DNA of 64,000 bases, from NCBI RefSeq assembly GCF_009914755.1, contig NC_060948.1, one strand, 5' to 3'. The notes below the pieces were generated by a model, which had not been told where the DNA came from, made no database searches, and saw only the letters and a program-made list of their open reading frames with translations. Shown here piece after piece: positions 56,397 to 64,000 of the stretch. The stretch's first letter is position 1. Each line of letters begins with the position of its first letter. This DNA comes from the human T2T-CHM13v2.0 reference genome, Homo sapiens. The position numbers were made by a program, and so were the translations under genes.

Positions 56397-57084
56397 CTGA
56401 GAAAGTGAGACAGACAGTCCTTTCAACTTTTCTCTATGTTCTGGACTCCAAGTTCATAACCGTTTGGGCTCTTAATTCTTGAAACAACCCTGTGAGGTGG
56501 GGCATATTTCTGTACCCATTCTTTAAATAAAAACAATGTATCTTTTTAAGACTATTCAATTTATCTGTCATCATAGAGTGATTATGAATTACATAACTGG
56601 AGCTGAATTACAAACAGAGACATGTCTTTTATGGTACTGTATGCAGGGAAAAGAGCTGGGAAAAAGGAACATTTTGGTTAGCAGGCAATTAAAGGCTAAA
56701 TTAAGATAGATTCTGTACTCAAAAAAATTATGGTGCATGATTTAATATAAATACAAGGAGTTTTTCTTGGAAAAATACAGCTATGACTCAAACTCCAAAA
56801 AGGATTGACATTTTGTTTTGTTCTTTTCCAATTTGCAAATATATGAAGGTATGTATTTGGTAATGACTTAAGATTTTTTCTGAGCTATAGAGGTAAAGAT
56901 TCAACTCGATGTAAATCAGACACTGTGAGTAATCAAAAGCAAGAGAACATGAGGTTATGTTACTGAATTCATTGAAATCAATCGTGACCTCTGGCTACAA
57001 CCTACACTCCAAGAAGTCACTGCAGTTTCTAGCTCCCAAACTTGTTAATCTAATGCAGAGATTTACACCACTAGTTTTCATTAA

Positions 57085-57272
57085 AAAAAAAGAACAGATA
57101 CTGAAGAATTTAGGTTTTAATGGTTTAGTCTCTGACACAAGTGCTCAACTCTTTCCTTCTGTGAAAACGGCAATAAGCCATGTATAAATGAATGGGCATA
57201 GCTGTGTACCAATTAAACTTTATTTACAAAAAGAGGCTTTAGATGGCCGGATGTGGCCCATGGGTCATGCTA
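57085..57272 (+). mobile_element. MER58A-like hAT MITE
   Basis: TAAATGAATGGGCATAGCTGTGTACCAATTAAACTTTATTTACAAAAA..GGCCGGATGTGGCCCATGGG. Confidence 0.75.
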
Positions 57273-58413
57273 ATTTCATAGGAACAGGAGTGTCAAACAG
57301 GCATAAATAGTAACAAATATGTATATGATTGTATACTTAGAAATGTAAAGAAAGACTAATGTTAATGTCCCCAAATAAACAAATATTGAACAAAAAATGA
57401 CACACATTTTACTGCAGCTTTACCCATGTATCTTGGCCCATCTTATATCTTCCTCTTTCAAAACCTGTTTACAAAATTCTCCATTCAAAGTTTATTTCTA
57501 TATTATACAGCATTGTATGACATCATATTTTTATGAGAAACATTTATTCAAGTGCTACCTAGCACGGTGTTAAGAAAATTACAGATCTTTAATAAATGTC
57601 TGTTGAATACAATTGTACTGATAAGAAATGTGTCAGGTGATTCTCAGAAGATAGAAATGAATGTTCTACTTCATTGACCATCCAGGTAACTGGAAATAAT
57701 ATTGAACTTTATAGATGCACATAAATAGGACTTAATTAGCAGAGGAAAATTCTATGGTCATTGGTTCTATGATAACTCTACTATCATTAATGGTCAAAGT
57801 TAGTTAAGTCTTGCTTTTATAAAATAGCAACCTACCCCAAATTCAGATATTGATTTTAAAAAATAATTTTTTTAAATTATAGTGAGCTATGTATAAGTTT
57901 CTAATGCAGTTTCTGATTTCTGCCCTATAAGACAGAAATAGTTTAAATTTACATGGCAAAAAAACAAACAACAACAAACAAAACAAAACACCACTGGAAC
58001 AAAGTCAAAAAATCTGAAAAGGAGTAGTAAAAACCTACAAAAAAATCTATGATAATTCCTGTACTTCAGTATTGCCACAAATAAGATGGTGTTATGGAAT
58101 AGAATAAAGTCCACAAATCATGCTAAATATTTACAGAAACTTGGAGTGTGAAAATATCATATGTTAGTTCTACAGGAAAAGCATGTTTATTTATAAATGG
58201 TGCTAGTATTTTATAAATGGTGATGGTCTTTTACAGATGAGAAACATTTTAAGCTAGCCCCAAAGATAGTGAAATATACAAAATTAAAATGAAAAAAATA
58301 TAAAATCTTAAAAAGTTAAAATGTCCAGGAAGTAAAATAAAGTTAAATAAAGTTTAAAAAATTAAATAATTTAAATAAAGTTAAATAAAGTTAAAAAAAA
58401 GTTAAAGTAAAAT

Positions 58414-59966
58414 AAACAGGAAATGTGTCCTTAACAGGGGTAAAACATGAAGCGTGTTCTGCACAGAGGAAGAACAAAAAGTATGTCCTGCAGAGGAGGA
58501 ACAGGAAGTGTGTCTGTCTCAGGAGAGTGACAGGAAGTGTGACCTGGCCAGAGGAGGAACAGAAAATGTGTGCTGCACAGAGAAGAAACAGGAAGAGTAT
58601 CAAGAACAGTGGACACTAGGAAGTGTGTGGGGCACAGGGAGAAACAGGAAGTGTGTCTGTCTGAAGAGAGTAACAGGAAGTGTGTCCTGCACAGAGGAAG
58701 AACAGAAAGTGTGTGCTGCACAGGGAAGAAACTGAAGTGTGTTACAGGGTGACACAGAAAGTGTGTCCTGCATAGGGGAGAAAAAGGAAATGTGTCAGGC
58801 ATATGGGAGAGACGGAAAGTGTATCCTTAACAGGGGAAGAAGAGAAAGTGTGACCTGTTCAACAAAGAAACAGGAAGCGTGCCAAGTACATGGAAGAAAC
58901 AGGAAGTGTGTCAGGGCCTGAGGAAGCATAGGAAGTGTGTTGGTTTCAGGAGAGTAACAAAGTGTGTCCTCCACAGAGAGGGAAACAGAAAATGTGCACT
59001 GCACAGAGGAGAAACAGGAAGTGTCAAGAACAGGAGACATTCAGGAAGTATATGGGGCATGGGGGAGAAACGGGAAATGTGTAGGGCCTAGTGGAGAGCA
59101 GGAAGCATGTCTGTCTCAGGAGAATAATAGGAAGTGTGTCCTGCACAGAGGAGGAACAAAGTGTGTGCTGCACCAGGGGAGAAAGAGGAAATGTGTTCAT
59201 TACAGGAGAGACAAAGGAAGTGTGTTCTACACAAGGACAAAGGAAGTGTGTCCAGCTCAGGGGAGGTACAGAATGTGTGTGCTGCACAGGGGAGAAATAG
59301 GAAGTGTATTACTCATAGGACAACACAGAAAGTGTGTCCTGCCTAAGGGAGAAAAAGGAAGTGTGTCTTTAACATGAGAGAAACAGGAAGTGTGTTTTGC
59401 ACAGAGGAGGAATAGAAAGTGTGTGCTACACAGGGGAGGAACAGGAAGCATTTCCTGCACAGAAGAGGAACAGAAAGTTCATCCTGCCCAGAGGAGTAAC
59501 AGGAGAAAGTGTGTCCTGCACAGGCATGGAACAGAAAGTGTGTGCTTCACCATGGAGAAACAGGAGGAGTGTCGGGAACAGGAAACACCGGAAGTGTATC
59601 CTGTAAAGTGGAAGAATAGAAAGTGTGTGCTGCACGGAGGTGAAAGAGGAAGTATATCTCTCACAGGGGAGAAAAAGGAAGTGTGTCTTGCACTGGGGAG
59701 ATGGAGGAACTGTGTACTACACAGTGGAGACACAGGAAGTGTATCTAGCACACAGGAGGAACAAAAAGTGTGTGCTGCTCAGGAGAGAAACAGAGTGTTA
59801 TGACCAGGGGATACACAGGAAGTGTGTCTTTAACAGGGGAGAAACAGGAAGTGTGTCCTGTACAGAGGAGGAACAGAAAGTGTGTGCTGGACAGGGGAGG
59901 AAGAGGAAGTGTGTCCTGAGCAGAAGATGAACCGAAAGTGCAACCTGCCCAATAGAGTAACAGAAA
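58414..59966 (+). repeat. Satellite array 2, same ~29-bp family and orientation as array 1
   Basis: ACAGGAAGTGTGTCCTGCACAGAGGAGGA-type monomers over ~1.55 kb; preceded by (TAAATAAAGT)n-like AT repeats at ~58330-58413. Confidence 0.95.
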
Positions 59967-59968
59967 TG

Positions 59969-60273
<305 letters not shown>

Positions 60274-60385
60274 AGGAAAGAAATTTTTAAATTTTTTATT
60301 TTAATTTCAGTTCTAGAAAATTTTTAAAAAGACATATACACAAAATCTGGAGCGTAAACTCTGTGTTTGAGAAGCCGGGGAATAG

Positions 60386-60748
<363 letters not shown>

Positions 60749-61142
60749 GGTGCACTTCTTTCACATTGCCCTCCACCCCAGATGGTTGACACAGGTATGA
60801 GAGGGCCAGGAAGAGGGTGTCTGTCTGTTACAGGGGGTCTGTCTGCTGGAGCTGTTGTCAAGATTGCCCTAACAGCAGCACTCATGTGATGCCATCTGTT
60901 GTTTCATCCCACCCTGTTATCAGGAGGCATTATAGTACCTCTTCAGCACTCAAAGCATAGCCTGAGTGAACTTGAAAATCACCTGAAGCCTGTGCTGCTA
61001 ACCCAACGTTTAAAGAAAAAGGTGACAAACACACTGGCCCATGTTAGTTACTATGTTAGTAACTGCCCTAACAGTTAGTGCTGTTTTTGATTTCCAAATT
61101 AAGAGATTTTGTTGTCATTTGAAAGAATCTCTTCTCTGTGTC

Positions 61143-61440
61143 TGGTCCAGTGCAGTGGGTGGTTCATGCCTATAATCCAAGCACTTTGCAAGGACTAGGC
61201 AGGCAGATCACTTGAGGTCAAGAGTTCGAAACCAGCCTGGCCAACATGGTGATCTCCCACCTCCATTAAAAACAGAAAAATCAGCCAGCCTTGGTGGTGC
61301 ATGCCTGTAGACCCAGTAGCTCCGGAGGCTGAGGCAGGGGAATTGTTTGGACCCTGGAGGCAAAGGCTACGGTGAGCTTAGTTCACGCCACTGCCCTCCA
61401 ACCAGGGCAACAAAGCGAGATTCTGTCTGAAAAAAAAGAA
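61143..61440 (+). mobile_element. AluS, diverged
   Basis: Dimer with A-tail. Confidence 0.85.
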
Positions 61441-62289
61441 CAAAATATCTTCTCGCTGCCTGATTTGTGGCTTCCTGTGCTAGAACAGGCTGTTCTGAGG
61501 CTGATACCCTGAGAACAGGGATATATTGGTTAGACCCTGTACTGTCTTTAGATGCTGACATGGTTTCCCTTCTGTACCCAAGACAGACAAGAATTTTGAG
61601 TGCTGATTTCCATAAACATCTCGTAGGCAGAGGTGCACTTAGTTGGTCCCTGTGCCTGGATGAACCTGAGAGAAATTTTCAGTGACGGACTGCAGTGCTT
61701 CACTTGTCTCCCACAGTTCTCCTTTGATCTTGATGGTGCAGTTGTGAATCTTGACAGCTCCTCAGCCCTACGCCATGCAGCAACTTGGGGTGGCAGACAG
61801 TGGAGAAAGTAGAAGATGTCCCCACCAGCCTGTGTCTCTGAAGATCTTTGAGCACCAGAGAACACACACATCCTGCCTAGATGTCCCCATTTGTGTCTGC
61901 CTTCCCTCTTTTCAGGCTTACTTAACAGGGTAGGAGTCTCATGGATTAGGAAATTGCTCTGGCAAATCATCTGACTTGAGAACTTGCCTGGTGAGGGAAG
62001 ATGCTATGTCTTTTGGGGACACTGTGAGGCCAGCATCAGAACACATGAGATAGGGACAGCAATAGGATCCATATAGAAGGAGGCAGTTTAAAGCAAAGAG
62101 GAAAATAGGGTAACAGGGTAAAGGGCAGATTGAAAGGTCTGGTTCAGTGCCAAAGGAAGAGGACAGTGGACATTGTAAGGTCCTCACTGACTCAGGATAG
62201 TGAGTTACATGTTCAGTGCTGCAGAATAACTGGATGAAGATCTGGAAGTAGTTGGGAAATAAGAATTCAGAATTGATCAACCTTGCTAG

Positions 62290-62465
62290 TATCCCAGTTC
62301 CTTGTATTGAGCAGGTAACATGTGCCAGGTGTATTGTGAAGTACCTTACTGCACTATCCATAGTCAGGATTTCATTTAATCTACATCACATGAGCCATCT
62401 CAAGAAGGATAATGTTTTCTTGCCCATTTTCCAGATAAAGAAAGCAAAGATTTAGAGAGATGATA
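62290..62465 (-). mobile_element. MIR
   Basis: GTATTGAGCA..ATGTGCCAGG..TCATTTAATCT..CCCATTTTCCAGATAAAGAAA. Confidence 0.7.
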
Positions 62466-62519
62466 ACCAAGTATTTTCAGGCAAGTATTCCAACTCCAGT
62501 GCATACCCCCCTTTAAAAA

Positions 62520-62685
62520 ATGTTTTTAAGAGATGAGGTCTTGCTATGTTGCCCAGGCTGGAGTGCAGCGGCAATTCACAGGGATGATCATAAGATCATA
62601 GCACACAGTACAGTCACTCAAGAAATCCTCCTGCCACAGCCTCCTGAGTAGCTGGGACTACAGACACATGCCACCAACTCTGGCT
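62520..62685 (-). mobile_element. Alu right monomer (FRAM/AluJ-like)
   Basis: Single arm; long TSD-like CCAGTGCA(T/C)ACCCCCTT on both sides. Confidence 0.8.
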
Positions 62686-63591
62686 ACCAGTGCACACCCC
62701 CTTAAGCACCACATGAATGATTAGACTGTTCACATAAATGTTGAAGTATAAAGAAGGAAGCATAAGCTATAAATGGGACCCACCCTACATGGGTAGGGAG
62801 AGAGAAGAGGCAGGGTAGGGGGCAACTGGAGAAGTCACACCATCCCAGTTCACATGAATGCCAAGGAGGACTGCTGTCATAGGAAGGCTGGTGTTGAATG
62901 CCTCCTGGCCCTGTTGAGCTGTTCCAGGTGAGCCAGCCAGGTGCAACAGCTTCCTGTTGTCCTGTGTCCCCATTTAGGGACTAAGAAGGGCTTTCTGCTG
63001 CTGTAGTCAGCACATAGCTGTGAAGCTGTTTGGTTTGACTCAGTATGAGAATGCAAGTCAGGTTCTGACTGTTCTCTTTGGCCAAGAGTGCAGTGGGTAC
63101 CTAGGTAATTTGTAAAGGGTAGTTTATCTGATCCTGCTTGGCCACGTGAAATGTCTTTAACAAAGGAATTGAGCTTTGGCCTTATTAAGTCACATACAGC
63201 AATAGTAGACATAGTGAGACCCCTGTACTACAAGGTGCTATATTATTTATTTGGAGGGTTTGTTTGGTTTGTTTCCTTTTTTGTACTAAATTGCTGGAAA
63301 AACTTGATGGGGAGTACTTTTTATTTTTAATACTAGAGGTATTTATTTTTCCATTGCATAGAACAGTACGTTGTTCCTTAATTTTCAGGTAATTTCAAGT
63401 ATTTTCTGCTGCTACTAAAAGAAGCAGTCTTCTTCTGGGGATATATATTTTTGTGCTGGTGGTTGATTTGTTCATTTGTTGAATTTATGTTTACTGATCA
63501 TCTTCTATAGACCAGCTATCATGTCAGCACTAGGAAAACATCCATGAACAGGACAGGTACAGTCCTCAAGGAACTTGCCCCAACTCCCTAA

Positions 63592-63885
63592 CTTTTTTTT
63601 TTGAGGTAGGGTCTCTGGCTTAGCCCAGGCTGGAGTGTCGTGGTGAATTCATAGCTCGCTGCAGCCTCTAACACCTGGGCTCAAGAAGTCCTCCCGCATC
63701 AGCCTCCTGAGTAGCTGGGACTACAGGTGTGCACCACCACACCCAGCTAATATTGTGTACAGACAAGGTCTCACTATGTTGCTTAAGCTGGTCTCCAAGT
63801 TCTGGGCTCAAGTGAGCCTCCCACTTGAGGCCAGCACTTGAGCCTCTCAATGTGCTGGAATTACAGGCAGGAACTATGGCATCCA
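63592..63885 (-). mobile_element. AluJ
   Basis: Diverged dimer with poly-T. Confidence 0.85.
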
Positions 63886-64000
63886 TACAAACTTGTATTC
63901 TTTGAGGACACAGATGTGAATAGATTAATTAGTAAGATGGTTTCGACACTGGAACTAGTTGTGATAATGCTGAGATGAAAAAAGATTGACCACTGGGCAT

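Noticed and set aside
58391-59930. The same Cys-rich ORFs in array 2
   Set aside because: Satellite translation artefact
61450-63250. 140-aa ORFs at 61548-61970 and 61939-62361 as continuation of the fossil gene
   Set aside because: I found no convincing phase-linked splice structure, part overlaps a MIR, and the composition looks non-coding; not excluded without a search

Overview
Primate (human-like) genomic DNA, AT-rich and repeat-dense, with no intact cellular protein-coding gene that I can recognise. It contains >25 Alus, many old L1/L2/MIR/LTR/DNA-transposon fragments, two LTR12-family LTRs (a partial one at 1-1032 and a complete solo LTR12C at 31422-32813), and a full-length young L1 (49418-55461, minus). 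The L1 has intact ORF1 and ORF0, and its ORF2 is broken by nonsense codons. There are two arrays of a ~29-bp satellite built on the ETS core ACAGGAAGTG (30911-36206, 58414-59966) and a spacer-less AT-rich palindrome (14646-14891). The main unexplained signal lies in the unique DNA between the repeats. From ~6.4 kb to at least ~56.4 kb it contains some 30 exon-like blocks, all on the minus strand, with near-consensus splice sites. They join in compatible phases into long decayed reading frames, and several are interrupted in frame by MST, MLT2 or Alu insertions. This looks like a large, ancient fossil gene (or run of genes) whose parent I cannot name. Many of its inferred introns are only 29-66 bp, which is abnormally short for a mammal. 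All calls were made by eye, so repeat subfamilies and many boundaries are approximate.
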